Assembly (NCBI GenBank): GCA_044376115.1
Contig: JBILLK010000009.1
Coordinates: 96,001-160,000 of the forward strand
Origin: Polyangiaceae bacterium
GTDB taxonomy: Bacteria > Myxococcota_A > Polyangia > Polyangiales > Polyangiaceae
Direction: 5' to 3'
DNA length: 64,000 bases
The position numbers and the translations under genes are program-made. Positions 43,750-54,197 of the stretch are shown here, piece by piece. The notes beneath the pieces were generated by a model, which was given only the letters and a program-made list of their open reading frames with translations, did not search any database and was not told the origin of the DNA. The first letter of the stretch is position 1. Each line of letters opens with the position of its first letter.

Positions 43750-45986
43750 CGAAGAGCCTGTCCTTCGCCAGTGATCTGGGGAAGGCCGGCGCGACGGTGG
43801 CGATCGTTTGCGGTGCGCTCTTTCTGCTCCTGCTCACGGTGGAAACCCGGCGGGCGTTCCGCAGCGGCAGAGGTTCGCTTGCGGTGGTGCTCACGGGCTT
43901 CGTTGGGGTGGTGTTGTTGCTCCTGGCGGTGTTGCGCCCAGTGCTGGTCGAGAGTGCGGGCATCTCAACCTCCGCGCGCGTCGTGGTTCTATTCGATGAT
44001 TCACGCTCGTTGCGGCTACCCTCGGATGACCAACGCACGCGCCTCGAGGTCTTGCACCAGGTGGCCCAAGAACTCCCGAGCGCGACCGATGGAGCGCGGC
44101 TTTCGAGCTTCCGTTTTGGTCGTGGCGACGCTGAACCTGCGCCAGCGGCGGAGGAACTCAAGGCGGTTGCCTTGGGCTCGGATCTGTCCAGCGCGATCGC
44201 CAGCATCTCGCGCAGCGCAGAGGAGCCTCCAGGTGCGCTGATCGTCGTTTCGGATGGCGCCTTGGATCGGCCAACCAACGACGGTGCCAAAGAACGAGCT
44301 GCGCTCGAACTCGGTGGGCTCGACGTGCCGGTGCACACCGTACGTCTCGCGGAGAAGTCGCCCAAGGACGCCAGCGTGCGCTCGATTCGACTTTCGGGAA
44401 CGGCCATCGCTCACCAGCCATTCGCCGTCCGCGTGGAGGTCGGTTGTGCGGGTGGGCTTACCTGCGGCCGGATTCCCGTCATTGCGCGTGAGCTTCCGGA
44501 TGAAGGTCCCCCGGTGGAGCTGGCCCGCGGAGACGTCGTCGTCCCCAACGATGACGTCGGCACGGTCGAGCTGGCGATCACGTTGCACCGCGCAGGCGCT
44601 CGGGTCATCGAGGTGCTGATCGAGCCGCCCAAGGGCGACGTCCTGCCAGAGAACAACCAGCGTCTCGCCTCGCTCGAGGTGGCCCGCGATCGCATTCGCA
44701 TCCTCCATATCGCAGGCCGCCCAACGTACGACGTGCGCGCATTGCGCAATTGGCTCAAAGCGGACGCCTCGATCGACGTCGTGGCCTTCTTCATCTTGCG
44801 GACACCCACAGACAATGTCGGCGCGACTGGGCAGGAGCTGGCCCTCATCCCGTTCCCCGTCGATGAGCTGTTCACCGTGCACCTCGATAGCTTCGATGCC
44901 GTCGTGTTGCAGGACTTCAACGCCGTTACCTACGGACTCGAGAAGCACCTCGCGAACCTCGCCAACTACGTCCGCAAAGGCGGTGGGCTGATTCTGGTTG
45001 GCGGGCCCGACTCGTTTGGCCCAGGGCGCTACGCTGGTACGCCGATCGCGCCGGTTTTGCCGGTGCGCTTGCGCGCAGAACAGAAAACCAACGGCGTGGA
45101 TTTGTCCCTGTTTACGCCCGTGGTCACGTCGGCCGGGAAGGTCGCGCCGGTGCTGGCTCCGCTGCGTCGGGTCGTGGGCGATCGGTTGCCGGACATGCCG
45201 GGAAGCAACATCGTTGGCGAGGCCAGTCCGGGCGCCACCGTGCTTTGGAGCCACCCGACGCTCGGCGGCGAGGAGCGAATGCCGGTGCTCGCGTTGGGCG
45301 AGTTCGGCACTGGGCGGGTGATCGCGTTGACCGTGGACGGCACGCATCGTCTTCTCTTCAGTACCTTCGCTGTCTCAGAGGCTGGGCGAGCCTACGGTGC
45401 TCTTTGGGAAGGCCTGCTCGGTTGGTTGATGCGCGACCCACGTTTCGAGTCGACCTCGCTTCACTTGGAGAGCGGGTGTGTCGAGGGCGAGCCAGCGTCG
45501 CTTTCGATTCAAGCGTTACCCGAGCACGCAGGCGAGGCGCGCATCAACGTGATCCGCCTGGGGTCGGCGCAAACGGTGTTTGAGACGAAGGCCACCCTCG
45601 CAGGGGATGGGCAGCCAGTCAAAGTCGCGTTGCCCGCGTTGGCCGTCGGCGGTTACTCCGCTCAGGTGCGTATCGTGCCCAAAGGCCAAGCCGACGGCGA
45701 GGACGGTGCACAGCCCGCAACCCGTCGCGATTTCGCGTGCGAGAAGGGCGGGGATGAATGGGCGGATAGTCGGCCCGACGCGCAGCGGCTGATCAACATC
45801 GCGAAATCAACCGGTGGAGTGTCGGTTAGCCCCGACGATCTCGACAAGCTACCCATGCCCGCGACAACCTTCGTCGCGTCGCGACGCAATGAAGCTCCGC
45901 TCGCCCCACCCTGGGTCTGGTCGACCGTTGCAGCGGTGATGGTCGGTCTGCACTGGGTGCTGCGCCGACGTGCGGGCTTCGCTTGA
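43746..45986 (+). CDS. Membrane protein with VWA-like, Ig-like and GATase1-like domains
   Basis: N-terminal TMs, VLFDDSRSL, IVVSDGA, ENNQR, ELALIPFPVDELF, GGGLILVGGPDSF, G.GRV; C-terminal HWVLRRRAG TM. Confidence 0.75.
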   Translation: MTKSLSFASDLGKAGATVAIVCGALFLLLLTVETRRAFRSGRGSLAVVLTGFVGVVLLLLAVLRPVLVESAGISTSARVVVLFDDSRSLRLPSDDQRTRLEVLHQVAQELPSATDGARLSSFRFGRGDAEPAPAAEELKAVALGSDLSSAIASISRSAEEPPGALIVVSDGALDRPTNDGAKERAALELGGLDVPVHTVRLAEKSPKDASVRSIRLSGTAIAHQPFAVRVEVGCAGGLTCGRIPVIARELPDEGPPVELARGDVVVPNDDVGTVELAITLHRAGARVIEVLIEPPKGDVLPENNQRLASLEVARDRIRILHIAGRPTYDVRALRNWLKADASIDVVAFFILRTPTDNVGATGQELALIPFPVDELFTVHLDSFDAVVLQDFNAVTYGLEKHLANLANYVRKGGGLILVGGPDSFGPGRYAGTPIAPVLPVRLRAEQKTNGVDLSLFTPVVTSAGKVAPVLAPLRRVVGDRLPDMPGSNIVGEASPGATVLWSHPTLGGEERMPVLALGEFGTGRVIALTVDGTHRLLFSTFAVSEAGRAYGALWEGLLGWLMRDPRFESTSLHLESGCVEGEPASLSIQALPEHAGEARINVIRLGSAQTVFETKATLAGDGQPVKVALPALAVGGYSAQVRIVPKGQADGEDGAQPATRRDFACEKGGDEWADSRPDAQRLINIAKSTGGVSVSPDDLDKLPMPATTFVASRRNEAPLAPPWVWSTVAAVMVGLHWVLRRRAGFA

Positions 45987-46031
45987 TTCCACCGGCTTTG
46001 CCCGAAGCAAGTTCGTGCTAAGGCTGGTCTG

Positions 46032-46529
46032 GTGAAAGCGTGGCGGGCTTTGGCTGCTTGTTTCCTCTGGTCCTGTTCCAGTGCGGGCGAAGCAAAGGAA
46101 CTTATCGAGTGGTCCGAGCGCAGCGCCGACGCTCATTGCCGATGCACCGAAGCGGCCGACCCTGGGGCTTGCGCTCACGAGATTCCGTCCGACCTTCTAC
46201 TCAATTCGGAGAATTTCGTGGACCTCATCGCGCGCTTCCGTGGCCGCGGTGGTGATCGCTCCACCGGCGCGCTGAAGCGCGCCCGTGATTGCGAGCAGAA
46301 GCTGAATGATTGGCGGGCCCGTCGTGCACCAAGCGCGAACCCGGCGGCTGCGCCGAGCGCATCTGCCAGCACAAGTGCTGCGGCCTCTGTGCCGAGCGCA
46401 GCCCCGTCGAGCAGCGCAGCTGCGTCGAGCAGCGCAGCTGCGTCGAGCGTCGGACCGTCTGCGGCGCCTGCTCAGCCCTCCGCACCGCCTTCCAATCCGT
46501 TGCGCAAAGGGGACCCACTCCGGCTCTGA
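46032..46529 (+). CDS. Hypothetical lipoprotein with Ser/Ala-rich tail
   Basis: LWSC lipobox-like; CRC..C..C cysteines; low-complexity C-terminus. Confidence 0.5.
   Translation: MKAWRALAACFLWSCSSAGEAKELIEWSERSADAHCRCTEAADPGACAHEIPSDLLLNSENFVDLIARFRGRGGDRSTGALKRARDCEQKLNDWRARRAPSANPAAAPSASASTSAAASVPSAAPSSSAAASSSAAASSVGPSAAPAQPSAPPSNPLRKGDPLRL
46405..46448 (+). repeat. Coding 18-bp tandem repeat, about 2.4 copies
   Basis: cgtcgagcagcgcagctg twice, then cgtcgagc. Confidence 0.85.
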
Positions 46530-46533
46530 CGTC

Positions 46534-47055
46534 TCAAGGGCGCGCAGCGAGTGATTGCGCAAGACCCAGCAACTCTGCGACCTCGCTGCGCGATGCGCCC
46601 GCGCGGTGGCTCGCCCACGAAATGGCCGACGCCGGTTCCTCGTGAAGTGAGAATCGAACGTTGCCTTGCACGACACCGAGCACAAAGGCTCGGTAGCTTT
46701 CAGCCGTTGACCCAATTCCCTGAACCACGGTTGCTACGTGGGTCTCGGCGTTACTGAGCAATTGCAAAAGGCCAGTACTGCGTTCGACCCTCATCGGCGG
46801 ACTGAGTTCCAGCGCATCTTCTGCCAGGAGCTCAACCACCGCCAGCGGTCCCGTGCGAAGCTGCCGGAGCCTCAAAAGCGCTTGCGCCAGCTGCTGCTCT
46901 GCCTCCTGCGTGAGCCGCCGATCGCGAGCGATCGCGACCACCCGCTTGGCCTCGAGTGCGGCGATTCCATCGGTCTTGAAGCCGACCTCGAAGTTCAGTT
47001 GTGCGCGGGGCGCAGCGGCGGCGAGACTGGGCCTTTGCACCCGCGCGACATCCAT
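46534..47055 (-). CDS. Hypothetical protein, possibly SpoIIAA/STAS-SEC14-like
   Basis: GGAGG RBS; ATVVQGIG..AE.YRA..G and SAISWA pattern seen in myxobacterial STAS-like proteins. Confidence 0.45.
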   Translation of the reverse strand: MDVARVQRPSLAAAAPRAQLNFEVGFKTDGIAALEAKRVVAIARDRRLTQEAEQQLAQALLRLRQLRTGPLAVVELLAEDALELSPPMRVERSTGLLQLLSNAETHVATVVQGIGSTAESYRAFVLGVVQGNVRFSLHEEPASAISWASHRAGASRSEVAELLGLAQSLAARP

Positions 47056-47134
47056 GGCCGTGTGCCTCCTCGCTAGGCCAGCGGCACAGTCCGCGCGAGG
47101 CTCAAGCGCTCAGCGCCCGATAACTCGCCGCTGC

Positions 47135-47803
47135 TCAGCTAACTTCTTCGTAGTGCGGCAGCTCGTGGTTCATGCGCAACCGCTTGGCCTCGAGGTAGTT
47201 GCGAGAGTGTTTGTTGGGCGAAATGAGCGTGGAGACCCGCTCATCTACCTGGACGCCGAGGTCTTGCAACGCCTTCACTTTGAGCGGGTTGTTGGTCATG
47301 AGCCGAACCGACTCCACCCCAAGGTGATCGAGCATCGCCGCCGCGCAGTCGTACTCTCGCGCGTCGTCGGGCAGCTCGAGCAGGCGGTTGGCGTCCACCG
47401 TATCGTGGCCTTTGGCCTGGAGACCGTATGCGCGAATCTTGTTGGCCAGCCCGATGCCTCGGCCCTCTTGGCGGAGATAAAGCACAACGCCTTCTCCCGC
47501 CCGCGCGATCTCGGCTTGCGCTGACTCCAGTTGCTCCTTGCAATCACACTTCAGTGAGCCGAACACCTCGCTCGTGAGGCACTCAGAGTGAATGCGGCAT
47601 AGTACCCCGTGCTTACCGCGCAATTGCCCCATCACCAGCGCCACGTGATCCGGGGAGAGACCAACGGCTGCGCGTCCCGCGCTGGCTTGGTCCTCTTCGC
47701 CGTAGCGAAAAACGACCATGTTGAAGTCACCGAAACGGGTGGGAACGCTTGCTTCCGCGTGGATACGGAGCAGAGGCCGGATTGCCGAATTGGCAACGTA
47801 CAT
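47135..47803 (-). CDS. ribA: GTP cyclohydrolase II
   Basis: VPTRFGDF, RIHSECLTSEVFGSLKCDC, YLRQEGRGIGL.NKIRAY, LMTNNP.K. Confidence 0.95.
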   Translation of the reverse strand: MYVANSAIRPLLRIHAEASVPTRFGDFNMVVFRYGEEDQASAGRAAVGLSPDHVALVMGQLRGKHGVLCRIHSECLTSEVFGSLKCDCKEQLESAQAEIARAGEGVVLYLRQEGRGIGLANKIRAYGLQAKGHDTVDANRLLELPDDAREYDCAAAMLDHLGVESVRLMTNNPLKVKALQDLGVQVDERVSTLISPNKHSRNYLEAKRLRMNHELPHYEEVS

Positions 47804-48024
47804 CTCGCTCTCCTTTGTTTGCTGGGAGCCGCTGGAGGCCGAACCTTTGCTCATCCTTGGGCTCATGAACGTACGCGGCTGAAAGTCCGTTGGATTCAAC
47901 TGAGCTCAGGCGCGGGGTCAAGCTTGGGACCGAAGTGACGCGACGTCAACCTCGGAAGGGGATTCAATCCGCCAAGTGGATAGCGATTGAGTTCGAACCC
48001 GGGAGGTGATGAAACAAGCCCTCG

Positions 48025-49077
48025 ATGTTGGTCGATGAGCTGATCCGAGCGCTGGATGAACGAGGGGAGGAGGCGCTCCGCCCCGTGGTGCTCGTGCTCG
48101 GTGATGAAGCTCACTTCGCCGAGGAAGTCGTCAAAAAGCTCTCGCGGGTATGTCAGCGCGGCGGTATCGCCGGCTTCAACGAAGACCGATTCATCGCCGG
48201 AGATAGCAGCGTGGACGATGTGCTCGCCGCTGCACGTTCGATCCCGATGATGGCCAAGCGTCGCTTCGTCCTCGTGCGCTCGCTCGAACGCTGGGAAGGC
48301 AAAGCCGACGACGGCGATAAGTCCGAGAAGGCCAGCAAGAAGAAGGTGGAGGCTCCGCTCGACCGCCTTGCCGCTTACGCGGCCGATCCTTCACCAGTGA
48401 CCGTCCTCGTGTTGATGGCGCCCAAGCTCCACGCCTCGCGCCGCATCGTGACCTTGGCGAAGAAAGAAGGCTTTCTCGTCCAGTGCGAGCCGCTCAAACG
48501 CAACGCGGTGGCCAGCTTCATCTCGCAGCGCGCACGCGCGCTTGGCCACCCGATCTCGAGCGCGCTGGCCGCACACTTGGGGGATCTCATTGGCACAGAC
48601 GTCGGAGCGATCGTCGACGCTCTCGAGCGGTTGTCGCTCTACGTTGGCCCGGGAGCGCCCGTCACAGAGGATGCTGTCGTTGCGCTCGTTGCGCCGGTCC
48701 GGACCGCGATGATGTGGGACCTAACCGACGCTGTTTGCGCGCGGGACACCGCCAAAGCCCTCGTGGCGTTGAGCGAGATCGACATGGCGCGTGGAGCTGA
48801 GCTCCCCGTACTCGGCGCCATCGCTGGCAGCGTTCGCAAGCTCGCCCGCTTCCAAGCCGCAGTGGAAGCAGGTGACAGCCCTGCAGAGGCAGCAGAGAAG
48901 GCTGGCTTACCACCGTTCAAAGCCAACTCGATGAGCCAGACCGTTCGTCGAATGCCGCGTGGAACGGTGGGGCGCTGGCTTCACCTCCTGGCCGAAACGG
49001 ATCTCGCGCTCAAAGGGCAGGGTCGGCGTGGGGGCCGCGCCATCCTCGAAGGCATGGTCCTTTCGATGTGCCGTTGA
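48025..49077 (+). CDS. holA: DNA polymerase III delta subunit
   Basis: PVVLVLGDE, FNEDRF, SIPMMAKRRFVLV, LERLSLY, ETDLALKG. Confidence 0.85.
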   Translation: MLVDELIRALDERGEEALRPVVLVLGDEAHFAEEVVKKLSRVCQRGGIAGFNEDRFIAGDSSVDDVLAAARSIPMMAKRRFVLVRSLERWEGKADDGDKSEKASKKKVEAPLDRLAAYAADPSPVTVLVLMAPKLHASRRIVTLAKKEGFLVQCEPLKRNAVASFISQRARALGHPISSALAAHLGDLIGTDVGAIVDALERLSLYVGPGAPVTEDAVVALVAPVRTAMMWDLTDAVCARDTAKALVALSEIDMARGAELPVLGAIAGSVRKLARFQAAVEAGDSPAEAAEKAGLPPFKANSMSQTVRRMPRGTVGRWLHLLAETDLALKGQGRRGGRAILEGMVLSMCR

Positions 49078-49103
49078 CTGCTCGGTGATTTCGCGCGCTG
49101 CCA

Positions 49104-50042
49104 GTGCTAAAACCCTCCAGCGTGTCGATCGACGCTACCACCAAGCGCTTTTACCCGGGCATCATCGGAGGTCTGCTGCTTGCGGTCGCCTACTTTCAAG
49201 GCTCTGGGATATCCGCGCTGATCGCGGAGCAGCTGCCTTCCCCCGCCCCGCCCGTGAAAGCCGGGTCGCACTCCACGCTCGGCGTGACCCGCCCGTCGCG
49301 TGACGGCTCGCCCATCCTCAAGCGCAACCCGTTTGATTCGGTGACGGGGCAGCTCTTTGCCAAGCCCTCGGCTTCCGCTAGCCAAGCGCCGCCCAAAGCC
49401 CCGGCGCCGATCCCGAGTGATGGCGCTCTGCCCGAGTGCGCCACCACCACGGTCTCGGTGATTAGCAGCGCGGATGATCCAGCCTTCAGCTTTGCCGTGA
49501 TCAAATCGGGCACCCAAGCGCAGATGCGGCGTATCGGTGACTCGGTGGACGGCAAGCAGGTCGAGGCGATCGACGAAACGCGCGTGGTGCTCGCTACAGG
49601 AGATGATCGCTGCCAGGTGGCAATGAGGAAGGACGGCGCGGGCAGCGTCGGCCAAGAACTCCCAGCTCCCACCGAGCGAGAGCCCGCCACCCCGGGCAAC
49701 AAGTCAAAACTCGGGGAAGGCATCACCAAAGTAAGTGAGACCTCCTTCATCATCGAGGAGAACGGCCCGCAGAAGCTCGCCCAAATCAGGGACGGCTTCA
49801 TGCGCAGCGCCAAGCTCGTCGACGGTGAAGGTGTTCGCCTTTACCGCAGCGCTCAAACGACCATTCTCGGGCAACTCGGCCTCAAGAAGGGCGATATGGT
49901 CAAGACGCTAAACGGCTTCGATATGAGCAGCGTCGACCAATCGACGCAGGCTTACTCAGCAATCAAAACCGCAGACGCGGTTGCCGTAACGATCATTCGC
50001 GACGGCAAAGAGATGCAGCTCGATTACCAAGTAAAAAAGTAG
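49104..50042 (+). CDS. GspC-like protein (TM + HR + PDZ)
   Basis: AYFQGSG, ILKRNPFDS, SFAVI..RRIGDSV.GK.V..I, LGLKKGD..LNGFDMS..AY, RDGK. Confidence 0.7.
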   Translation: MLKPSSVSIDATTKRFYPGIIGGLLLAVAYFQGSGISALIAEQLPSPAPPVKAGSHSTLGVTRPSRDGSPILKRNPFDSVTGQLFAKPSASASQAPPKAPAPIPSDGALPECATTTVSVISSADDPAFSFAVIKSGTQAQMRRIGDSVDGKQVEAIDETRVVLATGDDRCQVAMRKDGAGSVGQELPAPTEREPATPGNKSKLGEGITKVSETSFIIEENGPQKLAQIRDGFMRSAKLVDGEGVRLYRSAQTTILGQLGLKKGDMVKTLNGFDMSSVDQSTQAYSAIKTADAVAVTIIRDGKEMQLDYQVKK

Positions 50043-50064
50043 CCAGCCGCTGCGGAGGCGACCT

Positions 50065-52128
50065 TCAGGGTCGCGGAACCACCGGCAGGCTCAATACCGG
50101 AATCGATTCCTCGTCGTCGTAGAGTTCGTCTGCGCGGCTTGGCTCGATGCCGTCCGCGGGCTTCTCCTCGACACTGCTGCCCACCTCGGGCTTGGGCGTC
50201 TGAACCTCGAGGGTGGCTGACGCCAGCGAGGTCCGCGGCTTCTCGCGGCTGTAAATGACCAGCGTATCCCCGGGCAAGAGCTCGTCGGTACGGGCTCGGT
50301 GGTTGATCCGCTCCAGCATCCCGAGCGAAAGCCCGTATCGCTTGGCGAGTCCCCGGAACGAGTCCCCCTCTTTGGCGGTCACGGTAAAGCGCGAACGCCC
50401 GTTTTTCCCCTCGAAGTGGTCGAAGAACTCGGTGGAACCGACCACCAATACCTGAGCCCGGTCTGCGGTAACGAAGCGCACCAACCGTTCATCGGGCAGC
50501 TCGGTGACGAAGGCCTGGAGCACCATCTTTGCGTGCAGATTGGCGGTCTTATCGAGATTGTTCCACTGGACCAGTTGCGCCTCTGTGACTCCTAGGATGG
50601 ACGCAACCTCCGCGAGCTTATCGCCCCAAACGACCTCGTAGAAGATGCGCTGCGTTCCGGGGCCACCCGCGGCCCTCGAGGGCACGACGACGACCAGCTT
50701 TTCGGGAGGCGTGCCCGGTCCGAGCTTCGTCGGAATGCGCAACACGGTTCCGGGGCGCGGAGGCGTTGGGTCCACGAGCCCATTGAGCTTGCGCAAGCGT
50801 GACTCGGTCGTACCGAGGGGGAGGGCGATGGTGTCGAGTGACTCGCCCCAACGTAGCGTGATGCTCGAGGTGCCTATCAAGGTAGCCTCCGGCTCAGGGC
50901 GCGCAGCCGTTTGCGCCGGAGGCGCGCTGCCAGAGACGCTCGCCACCTCGGCCGAAACCAGCTTCCCTGGGGCGCTGGTCTTCACATTACTGGACTTGGC
51001 AGTCGTCTTTCCCCCGCTGGAGGCTGGTTGGCGAGCCTTCTCGTCGCTGAACGTCTCGGGGGCATCGAGCACGAGATCCTCGAGCCCAAAGGCGGCCTTA
51101 TTTCGCGAGACAAAGGCCAAAGCGAGGATCTTTGGAACGTAAAGGGCTGTCTCGTAGGGGACCCCGGCCTCGAGCTCAGAGAGCTCCCAGAAGTCGTTGG
51201 TATTGTACTTACGAATAGACGTTAGTAGGCCGCCGTGACCCATGTTGTAAGCCGCCATGGCCAGCTCCCAACGTCCGAAGCGCTTGTGCAAGTCGGAGAG
51301 GAAGCGAGTCGCGGCCTCGGTGCTCCGCTCGGGATCGAGGCGCTCATCCACCGTGCGGTCCACCCGCAGCCCGTAGGCCGTTCCGGCCTTGGGCATGAAC
51401 TGCCACAACCCTGCAGCTCCCGCATGCGAGACAATCCGCGGATTCATCCCGCTTTCACAGAGGGACAGGTACACGAGGTCTTCGGGGAGCCCCTTCGCCT
51501 TTAAGATCTCGCGCAGTTTCGCCTCGTAGCGCCCGCTTCGCTTGAGCAAGCCGGCCGCGAAGTTCTTTCCGGCGCTGGTGTTCTTGAAATAGTCGAGATA
51601 GCGAATGAGCCTCGAATCCCAGCGGAACGGCAGATCTGGTGGGTTGAGCTTGGCCATCCACTCCAAGGCTGCACCCGACTTGGACGCGACCGGCGCGGCG
51701 GAGGCGACAGCTGCCTCCGGCAAACCGCTGGCGAGCACGATTGGCGCACCCGCCGGACTCTCGGCCTTCACCTCGGTGAGGTCCCAGAACAACATCCGGT
51801 CGACCTCGGAGATTTGCTTCAGCTCCGGGGATTCGGGAGAGGGCGTTGCGGCCACGGTCTGCCCAGCAATTTGAGACCGGACAGCCGGGTCGGCAGGTTG
51901 CGGAGCCGAGCCAGGTTTGCGAGCCGGCTTGCGGCTCTCCTGTGGCTTCTGCGGCTTTTTGGCCGGTTTCTTTCGGGCCGGGCTCTTGGCCGGGCCCTTC
52001 GCCTGAGCAACTTCTCGCTTGGCGGTGGTACCTGCAGAGCGAGTCTGCGGCCCACTCGCGTTGGCCGCCGGAGCCACCCCACAAACGAGGGCGACCACCG
52101 CGACGAATCCAAAGACTCGGGCGCGCAT
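50065..52128 (-). CDS. MltD-like lytic transglycosylase with LysM domains
   Basis: GLPEDLVYL..CESG.NP..SHAGAAGLWQFMP, DERLDP, AAYNMG, ET..YVPKI; three LysM-like repeats; start approximate. Confidence 0.88.
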   Translation of the reverse strand: MRARVFGFVAVVALVCGVAPAANASGPQTRSAGTTAKREVAQAKGPAKSPARKKPAKKPQKPQESRKPARKPGSAPQPADPAVRSQIAGQTVAATPSPESPELKQISEVDRMLFWDLTEVKAESPAGAPIVLASGLPEAAVASAAPVASKSGAALEWMAKLNPPDLPFRWDSRLIRYLDYFKNTSAGKNFAAGLLKRSGRYEAKLREILKAKGLPEDLVYLSLCESGMNPRIVSHAGAAGLWQFMPKAGTAYGLRVDRTVDERLDPERSTEAATRFLSDLHKRFGRWELAMAAYNMGHGGLLTSIRKYNTNDFWELSELEAGVPYETALYVPKILALAFVSRNKAAFGLEDLVLDAPETFSDEKARQPASSGGKTTAKSSNVKTSAPGKLVSAEVASVSGSAPPAQTAARPEPEATLIGTSSITLRWGESLDTIALPLGTTESRLRKLNGLVDPTPPRPGTVLRIPTKLGPGTPPEKLVVVVPSRAAGGPGTQRIFYEVVWGDKLAEVASILGVTEAQLVQWNNLDKTANLHAKMVLQAFVTELPDERLVRFVTADRAQVLVVGSTEFFDHFEGKNGRSRFTVTAKEGDSFRGLAKRYGLSLGMLERINHRARTDELLPGDTLVIYSREKPRTSLASATLEVQTPKPEVGSSVEEKPADGIEPSRADELYDDEESIPVLSLPVVPRP

Positions 52129-52207
52129 CGAGGGTGATTTTGCACGCATGACGCACGCGGTCAACTTTGGGGGGCCCGCGCAGCAATACCGGTGGTAACC
52201 CAACGTC

Positions 52208-54157
52208 ATGTCTTTGGTCGGACTTCGCCGCAGTGCCAATGCTCCCTTGCGCGACAAGAAGCGCTTTCTCCCGACCAGCCGTGAAGAGATGGCGGCTCGC
52301 GGCTGGAGCGAACTCGACATCTTGTTGGTCTCTGGTGACGCTTATGTCGATCACCCAGCGTTCGGCGCCGCCATCATTGGGCGCTTTCTCGAGGCGCGCG
52401 GCTTTCGCGTGGGCATCGTGGCGCAGCCCAAATGGACCGACCCGACCGACATCGCCCGCATGGGCAAGCCACGGCTGTACGTGGGCGTCACTGCGGGCAA
52501 CCTCGATTCGATGCTCAATAAGCTGACCGCGCAAAAGAAGGTGCGCTCGGTGGACCAGTATTCGCCTGGCGGGCGGCTCGACTGTCGGCCCAACCGAGCG
52601 AGCATCGTCTATGCCAATCTCTGCCGGCAGGCCTTCGGAGAAGGCACCCCCATCGTGCTCGGCGGGATCGAGGCCTCGCTGCGTCGGATAGCGCATTACG
52701 ACTATTGGTCGGATCAGGTGAGGCGCAGCATTCTGCTCGACGCGAAGGCCGACCTATTGATCTTCGGCATGGGCGAGCGGCCGGTCTGGGAGCTCGCGCA
52801 GCGGCTGGCGGCCGGGGAGAAGGTGCGTGAGATCCGCGACCTGCGCGGCACCGCCTTCGTGATGCGCAAAGGGGAGTGGGAACATCACGAAAGCTCCCGC
52901 TATGTCGGTGATGGCAAGCCGCTATTGCTGCCTAGCTACGAGGAGGTCAAAGAAGACAAAGCGGCCTTCTCGCGCATGAGTCGCGCGTTTCAATACGAGA
53001 CCAACCCTGGCAACGCGCGCGCGCTGATCCAACCCCACGGGACTGAGGCCGTTTACTTCAATCCACCGGCGCTTCCGCTCGAGACCTCGCTCATGGACGA
53101 GCTGTACGATCTGCCGTTCGCTCGCGTACCGCATTATTCGTATGAGGACCGCATCCCCGCTTACGAGACGGTAAAACATTCGATCGTGACCATGCGCGGC
53201 TGCTTCGGCGGCTGCACCTTCTGCTCCATCACCGAACACGAAGGCCGCGTGATCCAATCTCGTTCAGGCGAGAGCATCTTGCGTGAAGTGCGCGCGCTGT
53301 CGCGTATGGAGGGCTTCTCCGGCGTCATCTCCGACCTCGGTGGGCCCACCGCCAATATGTACCAAATGACCTGCAAAGACGAGAAGATCGAGAAGTCTTG
53401 CAGGCGGCTCTCCTGCGTCCACCCCGGTATCTGCGAGAACCTGGTTACCAACCATGAGCCGCTGATCGACATCATGAAGAAGGTCCGCAAGGAGCCGGGT
53501 ATCAAGAAGGTCTTCATCGCTTCCGGCGTTCGTTATGACCTGGCCGAGCGCAGCCCCGAGTTCATCAAGGAACTCGCTACTCATCATACGGGCGGCCAGC
53601 TCTCGGTCGCGCCCGAGCACAACAACCCCGACGTGCTCGAGCGGATGAAGAAGCCGGCGATCGACTCCTACGAACGCTTCGCGGATAGCTTCCGTTGCGC
53701 GAGCGAGAAGGCAGGCAAAGACCAGTACCTGGTGCCCTACTTCATCTCCGGTCACCCGGGCTCCTCGCTCGCGGAGATGGTCGACCTTGCACTTTGGCTC
53801 AAGGCCAACAATATGCGTCCGCGCCAAGTGCAGGACTTCATCCCGACCCCGATGTCGATGGCGGCTAGTATGTATTATACGGGGCTCGATCCGTTTACTC
53901 AGAATCCCGTCTACACGGCGAAGTCGATGGAGGAGAAGCGCTTGCAAAAGGCGCTATTGCTCTATTGGGACCCGACCCACCATGATGAGGTCCGAGAAGC
54001 GCTCACCCGCGTTGGGCGAACGGATCTGATTGGCTCGCGGCCCGACTGTCTGGTGCCTGCGGCGTCGGGCAAAGGCTCACTGCCAATTCACATGCGCCGT
54101 CGAACGTTCGCCAAGCCGACTGGCAAAGCGGCCCTTCGCCGGGGTCCTCGGAACTAG
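52208..54157 (+). CDS. YgiQ (UPF0313) family radical SAM protein
   Basis: [33 protein letters not shown] (CxxxCxxC), [26 protein letters not shown]. Confidence 0.92.
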   Translation: MSLVGLRRSANAPLRDKKRFLPTSREEMAARGWSELDILLVSGDAYVDHPAFGAAIIGRFLEARGFRVGIVAQPKWTDPTDIARMGKPRLYVGVTAGNLDSMLNKLTAQKKVRSVDQYSPGGRLDCRPNRASIVYANLCRQAFGEGTPIVLGGIEASLRRIAHYDYWSDQVRRSILLDAKADLLIFGMGERPVWELAQRLAAGEKVREIRDLRGTAFVMRKGEWEHHESSRYVGDGKPLLLPSYEEVKEDKAAFSRMSRAFQYETNPGNARALIQPHGTEAVYFNPPALPLETSLMDELYDLPFARVPHYSYEDRIPAYETVKHSIVTMRGCFGGCTFCSITEHEGRVIQSRSGESILREVRALSRMEGFSGVISDLGGPTANMYQMTCKDEKIEKSCRRLSCVHPGICENLVTNHEPLIDIMKKVRKEPGIKKVFIASGVRYDLAERSPEFIKELATHHTGGQLSVAPEHNNPDVLERMKKPAIDSYERFADSFRCASEKAGKDQYLVPYFISGHPGSSLAEMVDLALWLKANNMRPRQVQDFIPTPMSMAASMYYTGLDPFTQNPVYTAKSMEEKRLQKALLLYWDPTHHDEVREALTRVGRTDLIGSRPDCLVPAASGKGSLPIHMRRRTFAKPTGKAALRRGPRN

Positions 54158-54197
54158 ACTTGGCTGGCGCCGTCCTCAGGGAGCAGTAAGCTTCGCC

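Noticed and set aside
44016..45347. 443-aa minus-strand ORF
   Set aside because: Antisense to the VWA/GATase-like gene.
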